From assembly GCA_002811645.1 (NCBI GenBank), contig PDIP01000052.1, positions 133,544 through 197,543 on the forward strand: a stretch of DNA of 64,000 nt, given 5' to 3'. Below are positions 9,699 through 20,037 of the stretch, in pieces. Source of the stretch: Corallochytrium limacisporum Hawaii. Lineage: Eukaryota > Protista > Pluriformea. A program made the translations under genes and the position numbers. Under the pieces are notes generated by a model, which searched no databases, had not been told where the DNA came from, and saw nothing but the letters and a program-made list of their open reading frames with translations. Numbering within the stretch: the stretch's first letter is position 1; each line of letters opens with the position of its first letter.

Positions 9699-11456
9699 TC
9701 AGTATTCCTCGGCGGCCTGTGCCGTTCTATAGTACTTGCCAGCGTACTCTTTGCGCGTCAGCCCCTCACGTTCCATACGGCGAGCCTCTTCGGCTAACAT
9801 CTGCCCATACTCACTCTCACGTAGAGCACGGAACTCAAGCGTAGCACGCTCTTCCTCTGCCCGCCGGAGGCCAAGACGTTCCCGTTCCGAAACCTGCTCA
9901 TTGAGGGCTTCGAGCTGTGCACGACGTTTTCGCTCCTTCGCCTCAGCCTCCGCAGAATTCTGTCGCTGTATCCATTCCAGGGCCTGCAGCAAGCGATCGC
10001 GCTCGGCGAGATTCTGCTCGCGTTCTCCTCGGATGCGGTCTAGGCGCTCCTGCAGCTGCACCTTCCAACCCTCAACGACTTCGACCATAAGCCGCTGGCG
10101 GGCAGCCTCTTCCTTTTCCCATTCCGCAGCCCTTTCGGCCCATACGCGCTCCGCTTCCCGCTGGAGCATGGCCTCCACGGCCTGCTCGCGCTGTTGTTCG
10201 TGCTCCTTTACTCGGTCGAGATAGTCGAGATACTCTTCCATTTCGGCCTTTCGGCGGGCAGCGTCTTCCTGCACCACATCGGCGCCCTGCACATCTGCCT
10301 TCATGAGCTGTCGGAGCATGGCAGAGTCCTCCTCGATGGCCTTTCTTACGCTTTCGGCTCGTTGCAGCATAGCAGCACGGGTCTGGCGCTCGAGTATTTG
10401 GGCTTCATGGCGCTCTCTTTGCCTTCGGGTACTTTGTTGGCGCTTGAACTCAACTTCAGCAAACTCCATGCGCTCACGCTCTAGCTTCTCCTGCTCTTGC
10501 GCCAATGCCCGGGCTTCGTTGTTGGCGAGCCGCAGAGTCTCCAGTTGGGTCTGCAGCTCACCGGCATACGCCGCCTTTTCAGCCCGTTCTTTGCGTTCTC
10601 GCTCCGTCTCCTCCGCAACGAGGAGCTCATGGGCAATGGCAAGTCGTTTCGCAGCGGCATCTTTTTCCAGCACGAGTTCTACTGCCGCTGCCTCGTGTTC
10701 GTGCTTCTGCGCCGCTAAATTCTGAGTCTGCCTGTCCCGGAGAACGCGCGCTTCTGCAGCCTTTAATTCCGGAGCATTGCGTACCATCGCTTGCTTCATG
10801 CCAATGTAGGCATTGTGCGCACGTTGCTGTTCCCGCTGGCGGCGTAAGGTCGATGTCCGACTGCGCAGATCTGCCAAAAGCGCAGCGCCAGACACTTTGC
10901 TTCGGTGCACTGTTGCAAGTTCGTGGCTAAGTGCTGTTTCTTCTCTGGCCAGGAGCCGCGCCAGTTCCATCCGCCGGCCTTCGAGCCATTCTTTACGCTG
11001 AGATTCAAGAGCCTGACGGTCAGTGTAAGCGGCACCCAAGTGATCGGCTCGTTGTCTCTGGCTGCGGTACGACGCAGAGGCGCTGCCAGGAGGGCGAAAT
11101 TCCGGCAAGGGATCACCGTTCTGCGGTGACTGGTAGGATGTTACATCATGGGCCGGAACGTAGCCAGCATATGGCTGTGGTGATCGTGAATCCAATCTTG
11201 CGGTCTGTGCCTGTGATTCAGGCTGTGTGTGATATGCGTACGGACTTGATCTGTACAGGTGGTCTGTGTGTGGTGTAGGCCGCTGAAGCGTTGTGCTTTG
11301 TGTGTTTTTTGGCCGGGAGTACTGGTAAAAATCTCCGTACCTAGACGAAGTAGATTGCGCGGGGAAGTACGCACTGCTGGGCCGAAACGATCCCCGATCG
11401 GTCTGCCTGTATGAATTTGCTCCGACCATAACCGGTCGCATAGTTGGTAATGCCAT
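9699..11456 (-). CDS. TCHP: Trichoplein (keratin filament-binding, centriolar coiled-coil protein)
   Basis: N-terminus MALPT and segments LEGRRMELARLLAREE, RNAPELK, REAERVWAERAAEWEKEEAARQRLMVEV and LAEEARRM match animal trichoplein as I recall it. Confidence 0.85.
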   Translation of the reverse strand: MALPTMRPVMVGANSYRQTDRGSFRPSSAYFPAQSTSSRYGDFYQYSRPKNTQSTTLQRPTPHTDHLYRSSPYAYHTQPESQAQTARLDSRSPQPYAGYVPAHDVTSYQSPQNGDPLPEFRPPGSASASYRSQRQRADHLGAAYTDRQALESQRKEWLEGRRMELARLLAREETALSHELATVHRSKVSGAALLADLRSRTSTLRRQREQQRAHNAYIGMKQAMVRNAPELKAAEARVLRDRQTQNLAAQKHEHEAAAVELVLEKDAAAKRLAIAHELLVAEETERERKERAEKAAYAGELQTQLETLRLANNEARALAQEQEKLERERMEFAEVEFKRQQSTRRQRERHEAQILERQTRAAMLQRAESVRKAIEEDSAMLRQLMKADVQGADVVQEDAARRKAEMEEYLDYLDRVKEHEQQREQAVEAMLQREAERVWAERAAEWEKEEAARQRLMVEVVEGWKVQLQERLDRIRGEREQNLAERDRLLQALEWIQRQNSAEAEAKERKRRAQLEALNEQVSERERLGLRRAEEERATLEFRALRESEYGQMLAEEARRMEREGLTRKEYAGKYYRTAQAAEEY

Positions 11457-11762
11457 CGTAAGAACTTTCTGTGTCCCAGCGCCACAAGTTCGAAGGATGA
11501 TGCAAGGCGCTAAGACATCAACAGGGCCACCGGTTCTTCTTACACCCCACCGTGCGCTTCAAAGTCTCATCAATCCGAAAAGTAGGTGGCTGAGACTTGC
11601 AACAAGAAAGCCACAGAGACGGTTCGGACGGGCTGGGTAATCGAGACCCCGGTCCCCCCCCGGGAGGGGAAGCGAGCCTACCAACCGTCCGCAAACTTTT
11701 TTCTCTGGTCCGGTGGGGGTGGGGGAACCACCCATCGCACCCTTCCGTTTGCGTTCGGACCC

Positions 11763-11812
11763 TTGGCGCCAAAATCCGTGTGCAGTAATTTCACTACCAC
11801 ATTTTTTCGCGC
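11763..11812. promoter_or_regulatory. E2F-like sites (TTGGCGCCAAAA at 11763; TTTCGCGC at 11805) in a divergent promoter
   Basis: Direct matches to the TTTSSCGC consensus, lying between TCHP and the 12208 ORF. Confidence 0.4.
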
Positions 11813-12207
11813 TTGTGTGTGGGGTCGATGTCTGCCTCACACTCAAACTTTGGAAGGGCTCCTTATCGCCGTCGCCGTCGAGGGAGCCAGTCTGGGGAGG
11901 AAAAGTGGGTCCCGAGAGGCACGAGTGCCTGCAGATGGCCTGGCTGGTGATTTGGGTCCGGCAGGCACCCAAATCCCCCAGCTTCGAACACAAAGGGTCC
12001 TTCAATTACCCCGTTTTGTCATTACCTTTAGCACTTGTGATTGTGAGATCAGAAGGTTGTACAAGACCGTAGTCACTTAGACTATGTGAACATTACACCG
12101 TCGTCAGGTTGTGAATATATGCTGTGTTGCAGCCAAGTTAGCTTTGAAGGGATGTAATCAGTTTTGAGGAAGCGGTATCCAAACTGAGATTTCTTTGGCC
12201 TGGGACG

Positions 12208-13920
12208 ATGGCTTTTGCTAGTCCGATCCGTAGCCATCCGGCACCGGAACCTTTCCCAGCTCGGCCCGGGGTATTGAACTACGAAGACCTTGCTGCAGAT
12301 AGTATTATAGAAGCGCAAACGAAACGAGAGCTCCAGGAACAGTTTGCACGCGTAACGGGCCACTTGACCGATGAGGCCACGCCACTACCTCCCGTACAAC
12401 CGACACCTGCACCAGCAGATTTTCACAGTTCAAGTGGAATCCAGCCGCGGCACAACTTTCCTACGCCTGCAGCACCGCCGCGAAGGCCCGCGGAACAGCA
12501 CTCACCAGCCGCCAGTATGGGACTAGCGTTTGGCTCCAGCGTTACGGATTCTGCATTTGTCCACGTCAACGAGGTTGAACGGGGTTTAGATGGCAGCAGA
12601 GGACCACAGAGTCATAGATCCTTGCAGGCATCTTCGCCACCAGAACCCATTCAGACCGAAAGCAGTACTGCGCCGCCACCGGTTACGTCTACAGTGGTTC
12701 GCCGAACCTACAAGACCAAGACCGATCCCCGCAGCGGCAGCAGCGCAATAGAATTCTCTGTCGAAAGGCATGCACCGGGTGTGATGGTTCCTCCAGTTCC
12801 GGAACCCCAACCTAAGCCCACACCGGTACCTAATTCACCGCCGAGGACTGTGACCAAAGGCCCCATGACCGAAGAACCTCCGCGGATAGTTCCGGCGCCA
12901 ATGCCTCGCCGGCCTGTAGTACAGAGCATGAAATTCTTACTCGAAAAAATGCGAAGCCTACAGCAGGCACAAGAATATCACCGTGCCAGGGCAGGTGGTG
13001 ACAGCACCGAATTCATTGAGGGTGTTACCCAAGTGATAGGTACCCGGGCCACTGATGGCACCGCGAATGTCAACAATACCACCACTATGGGAGCCCTGTC
13101 CATGACAGACCTGCAGCCGAACACTACCACTATCGCGGCCACGGGCGTGTCTTCACCCCGAAGGAGGGCCAAAAAGTCGTCTCGTTACTCAAACCTTGTG
13201 TCTCTGCAAGATTTTGAACTTTCGACTAACATGGCGAGTTCATCGGCGTCCCATAAGAGCCACAATCACACGATCAGCTATGCACAGAACGTCGACATGA
13301 CCGTACACAGCGACGTCAACAAGAGCAAGACTATTCCGCTCAACAACACGCTCCCTGGTGACGATACCAACAACCTGTATATGCCAAGACCATCCAAGAG
13401 GCAGGTCATGGCCAATGCCGTGGCCATGAAGGGGCGCCGTAAGGCAGCGGTGCGTTACGCTCGACGCTATGAAGCCTCCCAACCGGCCCCCAAAATCAAT
13501 GATGTCGCAGCACAAGACTTGGAATCTCTGAATTGGGTACCACACGCTAAAGGTTCGCCATACAGCCTTCTGTCCGCCGTGCAAGCCAGTCGCCATAATG
13601 CCAGTATGCCTTCATCGAAGCGGACAGGCGCCCTTGCGCGGCCTAAGTGTCCACCACCAGCTGGTCTGGAGGCGTATCCTGCGTCGTTGAAGGACTTGCA
13701 GGTTCCCCCGCAACCTATCTCAGGTGCGGAGGCGCTCTGGGGTCATTCAGCACAGGCATTGCGGGAACGTACAGTCCACGAACTGGACAAGACAAGGCGC
13801 CGTGGAGCGGACAGCTTGGGAGGCCCTCAGACCCAGCCCCACGTCACTCCGGCAATGCGCGACGGCTGTACGTTTGCCTTTCATGAATACCAGCGCATTC
13901 AGGGCATGCAGTATGTGTGA
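12208..13920 (+). CDS. Uncharacterised Pro/Ser/Thr-rich, largely disordered protein (570 aa)
   Basis: Long ATG ORF filling the gap between two recognised genes, with one short coiled-coil-like patch (VVQSMKFLLEKMRSLQQAQE). Confidence 0.75.
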   Translation: MAFASPIRSHPAPEPFPARPGVLNYEDLAADSIIEAQTKRELQEQFARVTGHLTDEATPLPPVQPTPAPADFHSSSGIQPRHNFPTPAAPPRRPAEQHSPAASMGLAFGSSVTDSAFVHVNEVERGLDGSRGPQSHRSLQASSPPEPIQTESSTAPPPVTSTVVRRTYKTKTDPRSGSSAIEFSVERHAPGVMVPPVPEPQPKPTPVPNSPPRTVTKGPMTEEPPRIVPAPMPRRPVVQSMKFLLEKMRSLQQAQEYHRARAGGDSTEFIEGVTQVIGTRATDGTANVNNTTTMGALSMTDLQPNTTTIAATGVSSPRRRAKKSSRYSNLVSLQDFELSTNMASSSASHKSHNHTISYAQNVDMTVHSDVNKSKTIPLNNTLPGDDTNNLYMPRPSKRQVMANAVAMKGRRKAAVRYARRYEASQPAPKINDVAAQDLESLNWVPHAKGSPYSLLSAVQASRHNASMPSSKRTGALARPKCPPPAGLEAYPASLKDLQVPPQPISGAEALWGHSAQALRERTVHELDKTRRRGADSLGGPQTQPHVTPAMRDGCTFAFHEYQRIQGMQYV

Positions 13921-13967
13921 AAATGAAATACATGGCTTACGCAGTAACGTTTTAGTTAAGGATAGGA

Positions 13968-15017
13968 TCAAAAGATGAGGGGAAGGAGACGTTTCCGGTT
14001 CTTCGGGTACTTGTCGCCCATCTTGTGGCGATACCAGCGCTCAGTGGCCACACTACGTCCTCCCAGATATCCAACCATGACCAGAAATACGATGTAATTT
14101 TGGACATGACCGGAGTAAATTGCCATGCCGAGCCAGATACCCAGTTCGCACAGATAGTGTGGGCAGCAGACGTAGTCGAAAAGACCTCCCATTGGCACAA
14201 CATACTCCTTCGATACTCCGGCGTCCTTCTCAGCTGTGCCAGCAGCCTTCTTGCCCTTGGCAGGCTTCCTGCCCTTGGTCGTTGTTTTCTTGGTTTGTGA
14301 TTTCCCCATAGCTTCACTCTCGTCGCCTTTAGCAGTGCGCATTTGTCTGAGGATAATGTGGTGCCATCCATTGCCCAGGAGACCGAGACTGTATACTATC
14401 ATGCCAGCAATCACGTAGAATCGGTGCTCTTCCTTCACTCCGCAGTTTGCGGATGGCACTTGGGTGTTATTGGCAACCAACCAGAGGGTTTCAAAGCTGT
14501 ACACCAAAGAAATAAAAAGGGATGTCATGAGATCGGTGTTGCCGCTGTAGACGTGAACAAACATGACCTCAATACAGCGTTTGAGGAAGTGGATGATGAT
14601 CATATAGGACATCGCAGCACCACGAACCTCACAGTACCGAATATTCCCACCCAGAGATGGCCCGTTCAAAACGGTTTCCCAGGGGCTGTTATGCTCGTTA
14701 ATGACATGATACATCCAGTAAGTCGAAATCATAAGAGCAGGTGTGTAAATGATCATCATGCCCAGTTGACTAGAAACCTGTAAAATTGAGGAGCCTCTTG
14801 CGAACTTGGAGTATCCCAGCTGTACAAACCCGTACCCCTCACCCATGAAGACAATAGGCAACAATGCAAGGCAAGAAACGGTCACGAAGGCGGTGAACGG
14901 CGAGAATTCCGGCAAAACCAAGTAGTCAAAGTATGCAACCGGGATCTCTGCCCGTATTTCATTCAACTTTTCGGCCATTTGGCCTGCAGGCCCACTGGCA
15001 CTGAAGAATTCCACCAT
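13968..15017 (-). CDS. 3-oxo-5-alpha-steroid 4-dehydrogenase / enoyl-CoA reductase family membrane enzyme
   Basis: Motifs LGYSKF, HFLKRCIEVMFVHVYS, GNGWHHIILRQMR, YVVPMGGLFDYVCCPHYLCE and KYPKNRKRLLPLIF. Confidence 0.92.
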   Translation of the reverse strand: MVEFFSASGPAGQMAEKLNEIRAEIPVAYFDYLVLPEFSPFTAFVTVSCLALLPIVFMGEGYGFVQLGYSKFARGSSILQVSSQLGMMIIYTPALMISTYWMYHVINEHNSPWETVLNGPSLGGNIRYCEVRGAAMSYMIIIHFLKRCIEVMFVHVYSGNTDLMTSLFISLVYSFETLWLVANNTQVPSANCGVKEEHRFYVIAGMIVYSLGLLGNGWHHIILRQMRTAKGDESEAMGKSQTKKTTTKGRKPAKGKKAAGTAEKDAGVSKEYVVPMGGLFDYVCCPHYLCELGIWLGMAIYSGHVQNYIVFLVMVGYLGGRSVATERWYRHKMGDKYPKNRKRLLPLIF

Positions 15018-15594
15018 TGTTCTTTCACTTAAAGTTCAGTGTAGCATGTGCGTGTATCTGTACGGAGAAATCCGAATGAGTGCGCAATCGACTCTTGAGC
15101 TACCATGCCATGCTCGGCATGGAACAGGCACCTGTACCGTACTTTACTCCGAGATACCCGCTCCGCAACTACCCGCCAAAAAAAATCGGTTTCCATTTTC
15201 TGCCAGAGTGCTTGCGCTCCGGGGCCTATATTCCATTTGCTAAAAGCTACCGGCAATCGGGGGCCTAATTTTATCCCCGCGGAACTGCCGGAGGGCGGAC
15301 TCTATATTTAGCGGCCATCGGGGCGGTCAGCTGAATGTCACGGGGCTTTGGGTCCCGTTTGGCGTGCCCGGTGGTTAAGGTCGAATCGGTCGGTGTGACT
15401 TTTGGGGGGTTGGGGGGGGGGAAGAGCGACAGGGAGGGAGAGGAAGGAGGAGGGAGGAGGGAGGGAGGCGCACGAACTGCGCAAGGGCATTTCACAACCC
15501 GTAGAAATCAGAAAATTGAATCTCGTTTTGTATGACGACCTAACTGATTATTTCCCGGACCACCATGTCCCTACCACCACACCCACCGCACCGG

Positions 15595-15618
15595 CCCCCT
15601 CCCCCCGGGGGGAGGGGG
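15595..15618. promoter_or_regulatory. Perfect 24-bp palindrome C5TC6G6AG5 in a divergent promoter
   Basis: The sequence ccccctccccccggggggaggggg is self-complementary. Confidence 0.45.
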
Positions 15619-15866
15619 GAGAGAGAGAGAGAGCCGGTCGTTCTCTGCTTTACCCCATAGGGGTTGTTCTCTCCTCTTCCTTGAGACCTTCTTTCCCGGT
15701 TTCTCGGTATTTGAAGCATGATGACGACAGCCATCGATATTTAAGGGTTGAGCACTGTTGCTAGTTGTTAGAGTCTTTTTAGATTCCTGTCAATCTTCTA
15801 TTCGTGTGAGCAGGGGTGAAAAGGATAGTCACTCGAGTCGGTTTGGGAGGCTGTTAGCGGAGATTC

Positions 15867-17654
15867 ATGGCCTCTTGTGTCCTAACACGCCTGGCTACTA
15901 GGGGATACCGTATCCGAGGCTCTCCCTTCCAGCATAAAGCGGCTCTCGCTGCACTTTCAATCATGACAGAAACCAATACCAGCATCACTCTGTCGGACAG
16001 GCCAGGACTGTATCGCAATGTGCATGGAGCTGTGGTACTAAAGGAACCAATCACCACGAAAGAACTCGCCAGCATTGTCAGCGGCAAGTTTCTCGCAGAT
16101 CCTTCAAACTGGACCATCAGACTGAAGGAAGGTTATCCAGAACTGGAGAAACGCATTGTTGGCGATCACTGGGCCGCCTGTGATGCAGCTGAGCAGTCTG
16201 AGTACGTTGTCTTCGATGGTTACGGCGAAAGCTTGCCTGCCAGCAGCACATGCTACGACAATGTCAAGAAGGCAGACTACCCATGGTACGATCGGCTAGA
16301 AAAGAATTGCACACGCATCGCTGTGTGGCCACAATGCTCATTGTTTTGGGAAAATCGGCCGAATTTCATGCAAACAAGCGTGGGACAGGACTATGTCTTC
16401 TGGAAGCCCATGCGGGAGATGGGCATTGCAATGTATCACAATCTGCACCCTAATGTTGGCCAGCCGGAATTTGAGAACCCGGAGGATCGAGACGGAGCAA
16501 AACATTCGATCTTGTATGAAAGGGTAGCGAAGAAACGAGCGAACTTACCTGCAGATGCCAATGCTGACGACCCTATGCTCAAAGGGTGGACGGTCCTCGT
16601 GCCAACATTCTTTGGAGATTTTTCTGAAGGCAACCCGAACATGGTCCACGGCGGTGCCATGGGTACTGTCCTGGACCTTGCGCTAGCAGCAGAAGGTTTT
16701 GAGTATGTCAGTCCACTATTCACCGCGTCGTTGCGTATTGACTACAAAGCACCGATGAAGCCCTACAAACTCCACTTGGCCCGGTGCCGTGCTGTGTCCA
16801 TCGGGCTGAAAACAGCCGTCGCCGAAGGTGACTTCATTGACCCGGAGACTATGCAGGTTATCTGTACCGGCCGTGCCGTTTATTCCAGACCATCTCGCGT
16901 GCCTGAATCGTTGCGAAACAAGTTCATGTATGATCCCCGTGTCGCGTCTTTGGAAGGTAAGCACCGGACCTGGATTCGTGACATTCTCGAAGCACCCGAG
17001 GATTGGGTCAAGGAAGACAGCGTAGCACGCAAGGAACTTCCATGGGAGACATCGCCTGGGGGGCCGGAGGTTCGCAAACCTTTTGCACCGAACCCAGAGG
17101 ACACGCCATGGTACAAGGCTCTAATGGAAGACAAAAGGTTTGCATTCTTCGAGCGTGAGACTGCTCCTGGTTTCCGCCGCTCGTTTGGGGCTAAGACCGA
17201 GCTCTTCCCGGACTACTTTCCGAAGACGATCATCCGCCAGTACATTCGCAACGACCCTGACAATCCTGAGGGCCAGGCCGCTGTTGTCTTCACACGCTAC
17301 GCAGAGGGCAGCACCGCCATTGCTCACGGTGGTGCTGTCTATACCGTCTACGATTCGGTCATGTCCGCCTTCCTGATGGGTATCGTGGGCTCTCAGGCGG
17401 TGACAGCAAGTCTGAGTCTGCAGTACAAATCTCACACCCCCCTTGGGCAGACTCTGCGCGTCCTGGTCAACGTCGAAAAGAGGGAAGGCCGCAAGATATG
17501 GTTGGCCGGCACAATGGACGACCCGGAGACCGGAGCGGTGTTTTCAGAAGCGCGCGGCCTCTGGGTCACCCCCAAGAATGCCCCTGAAAAGAAGTTCGAA
17601 AGGGTTAGTAACATGGCTGAAGCGTTTAAAAACACAGCCACAAGCAATTTGTAG
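15867..17654 (+). CDS. Tandem double hotdog-fold acyl-CoA thioesterase (PaaI/THEM4-like), possibly mitochondrial
   Basis: Two HGG motifs (EGNPNMVHGGAMGTVLD; EGSTAIAHGGAVYTVYD), each followed by TASLxxxYK. The N-terminus is Arg-rich and lacks acidic residues. Confidence 0.88.
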   Translation: MASCVLTRLATRGYRIRGSPFQHKAALAALSIMTETNTSITLSDRPGLYRNVHGAVVLKEPITTKELASIVSGKFLADPSNWTIRLKEGYPELEKRIVGDHWAACDAAEQSEYVVFDGYGESLPASSTCYDNVKKADYPWYDRLEKNCTRIAVWPQCSLFWENRPNFMQTSVGQDYVFWKPMREMGIAMYHNLHPNVGQPEFENPEDRDGAKHSILYERVAKKRANLPADANADDPMLKGWTVLVPTFFGDFSEGNPNMVHGGAMGTVLDLALAAEGFEYVSPLFTASLRIDYKAPMKPYKLHLARCRAVSIGLKTAVAEGDFIDPETMQVICTGRAVYSRPSRVPESLRNKFMYDPRVASLEGKHRTWIRDILEAPEDWVKEDSVARKELPWETSPGGPEVRKPFAPNPEDTPWYKALMEDKRFAFFERETAPGFRRSFGAKTELFPDYFPKTIIRQYIRNDPDNPEGQAAVVFTRYAEGSTAIAHGGAVYTVYDSVMSAFLMGIVGSQAVTASLSLQYKSHTPLGQTLRVLVNVEKREGRKIWLAGTMDDPETGAVFSEARGLWVTPKNAPEKKFERVSNMAEAFKNTATSNL

Positions 17655-17754
17655 TTTGTATAGTCAATGACAAGGACAAACGAGCACAAGACGTGAATTA
17701 TCCAATAAAGTAGGAATTGGTAGGTATTTATATCAATAGTGACACCCTGCTGTT

Positions 17755-19350
17755 TCAATCAAGTAAGAGATCGGCTTTGACATCCATGTACTTCTCGTAC
17801 TCATCCTCATCCATGTCGCCCTCCATGTCTTCTGTAATTGACAGGATGGGCACCATCTTACCGCCAAGTTTGACCTTGGTGGTCTTGCGCTTCTTTTCTA
17901 ACTCAGTGTTGCCATCGACAGCAGAAGCGGCAGCAGCGCTAGGACCATTGCTGGGCGCCGTTTTAGCCGTGTTCTCACCCTCTTTGTTTCCATTCTCGGT
18001 GGCAGACACTGCAGCATGAGCCCCTACAGGCACTTCATTGTTGACTAACAGGCGCCGCAGGGCCGCGTCGCTAACTCTTCCTTCGTCTGTTCCGCGCACT
18101 GGCGTCTGTCCTGCAGAGGAGGCCTCCGTTGTGACCGCTGAGGGCGCTGCCGACGCCGCGGGAGCGGCCGCTGCTGTGGACGATACGCCAAGTGCGGACG
18201 CTTTACTCACTACCGACTCACGCCTGTGGACAGGCATCGATTCGTGGGTATCCGTGCGGGGCCCTCCAGGCCGCGAAACATTTCCTGTGCGTGCGACCTT
18301 CTTTGCACGATCCTGATCTGCTGCAGCATTGCCCTCGAACCACTTTGGCTCGTCGCGCCGCTTCGTGCTCCGTCCAACGTCCGTTTCCACAATCTTCACC
18401 TTTAGCTCATTGTCGCCATCATCCAGCTCGCCCATGGGCATGGCGTCGATGTCCTCATCCTCCTCTGCACCGGCTGCGAAGGCCAAGTCCTCGGCGAGAC
18501 GGAAGTCCATGTGTCGCACCTGTTCGAGGTTGGGCATGGCAATCTCTCCCGATGGAACCATCCGTTTTACCGTTTCCAACACCGACACGAAGGGCTGAAT
18601 CTCTCCCATCAGCTTTCGTGCATGAACGGCACCAGCTTCGTCACTTTGAGTGTTTTCTACTAATTCCTCATCGCAGTTTTCGCACCGCAGCGTGCCGTCA
18701 GGTGCCAACAACGAGCTTGCAGCATCCATCATTGAGTATTCCGTGCCGCAGTATGGGCACTTGAACATATGCTCTGGAGCTTCATTCTCCGCTGTCTCTT
18801 CGATTGCCTTGCGCATGTGCAGCAGTTTGAAACTGACCACGTTAAAGACCTCCGCAAAATCAATGGCCACCACACGAAATCGATATTGACGATATTTCAA
18901 CCGCTTTTGACCCTCTGGCAGCGTACTCTCCAAGACGATGTCCTTACGGTCGACGTGATCATCTTCAACCACGACCAATTTGTCGTCCTTCAACCGATCG
19001 ATGACTTGCTGCAGCTGTTGTGATCCCATGTCAAGCGCAATTTGCAAGAGGTCCAGACGCCACGGACTTTCTGAGAGGACGTCAAGGATCAACAGACAGT
19101 CGTCACTATAAAACGCACTACCGACCATACGCACCAACTTCGTAAGTTCCTTTCGCAATTTCGGATCATAGCTGTCGTATAGATCAGAACGGTAGGGTTC
19201 TGCTTTCAGCTTCGCCCGTGCTTCCGACTGTTTGAGAAACCGTTTCTGTTTCTGTGTGATCGACACAGTGTCGTCGCCGACAGTGGCGATCGCCCGCGGC
19301 TTTGGTGTATAGTTTGCATTGGGCAAGTATCCGCCTTGTTGTGCTGACAT
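17755..19350 (-). CDS. GTF2E1: General transcription factor TFIIE alpha subunit
   Basis: Winged-helix region (LVRMVGSAFY...LKDDKLV), Zn ribbon FKCPYC...LRCENCDEELVE, and an acidic C-terminal domain (VKLGGKMVP...MDEDEYEKY). Confidence 0.88.
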   Translation of the reverse strand: MSAQQGGYLPNANYTPKPRAIATVGDDTVSITQKQKRFLKQSEARAKLKAEPYRSDLYDSYDPKLRKELTKLVRMVGSAFYSDDCLLILDVLSESPWRLDLLQIALDMGSQQLQQVIDRLKDDKLVVVEDDHVDRKDIVLESTLPEGQKRLKYRQYRFRVVAIDFAEVFNVVSFKLLHMRKAIEETAENEAPEHMFKCPYCGTEYSMMDAASSLLAPDGTLRCENCDEELVENTQSDEAGAVHARKLMGEIQPFVSVLETVKRMVPSGEIAMPNLEQVRHMDFRLAEDLAFAAGAEEDEDIDAMPMGELDDGDNELKVKIVETDVGRSTKRRDEPKWFEGNAAADQDRAKKVARTGNVSRPGGPRTDTHESMPVHRRESVVSKASALGVSSTAAAAPAASAAPSAVTTEASSAGQTPVRGTDEGRVSDAALRRLLVNNEVPVGAHAAVSATENGNKEGENTAKTAPSNGPSAAAASAVDGNTELEKKRKTTKVKLGGKMVPILSITEDMEGDMDEDEYEKYMDVKADLLLD

Positions 19351-20037
19351 GACTGCTCAACTGGTGTGTTTTAGATCCTGATAAGTTCTTCTGTTCCCTG
19401 AGAACCGAATTTTCCTTATGCCTTCATTTGTTTTCGACCGTTCTCGGAATATCTACTATCAGTTATAGACTCATCACAGGCTTGTCCGCGACTAAAATAA
19501 AGCCAAATGTAAACAACTTCCGCTTACGGAACTTCTGTGCTCTTATTTATTCTGTACAGATGTCATTTGTAATTATATCTAATCTTTCATTGCCGATATA
19601 CCTTCGGGAAGTCTCTGGATTGTACGTGGGCCGAGGCCCCACCGCGGGTTCCCCAGGCCCAGGGACGGCGAGGGGGCCGGGGTGGTTCTCCGCCTCAGAC
19701 CTGCTGGCCCTGGCCCCCCAGCTCCCCTCCTCGGGGAAACGGAAGAAGCGCCGCCCCGAAAAGAGACAAAGCGAAAACAAAAAAATCGGGAAAGCATGAA
19801 AACGAAGAGGGGGGGGGGGAACGAAAAGCCACAACAGGGGCCCGGGCCCCCAGGGGCTTTCCAGGCACGAACGCACTGTGACACACCTGCAAAATGGGGA
19901 GACGCGGTGGTGAAATGGTATGGGATGTGTGTTTGTATGTCGATGATTGTTATGAAATGGGTACAGTGGTACCTGGTGGTACCAACAATGAGAAAATAAT
20001 TGTGGGTAGGAGCTTAGTAGTTTGCGATGGTCGTGGG

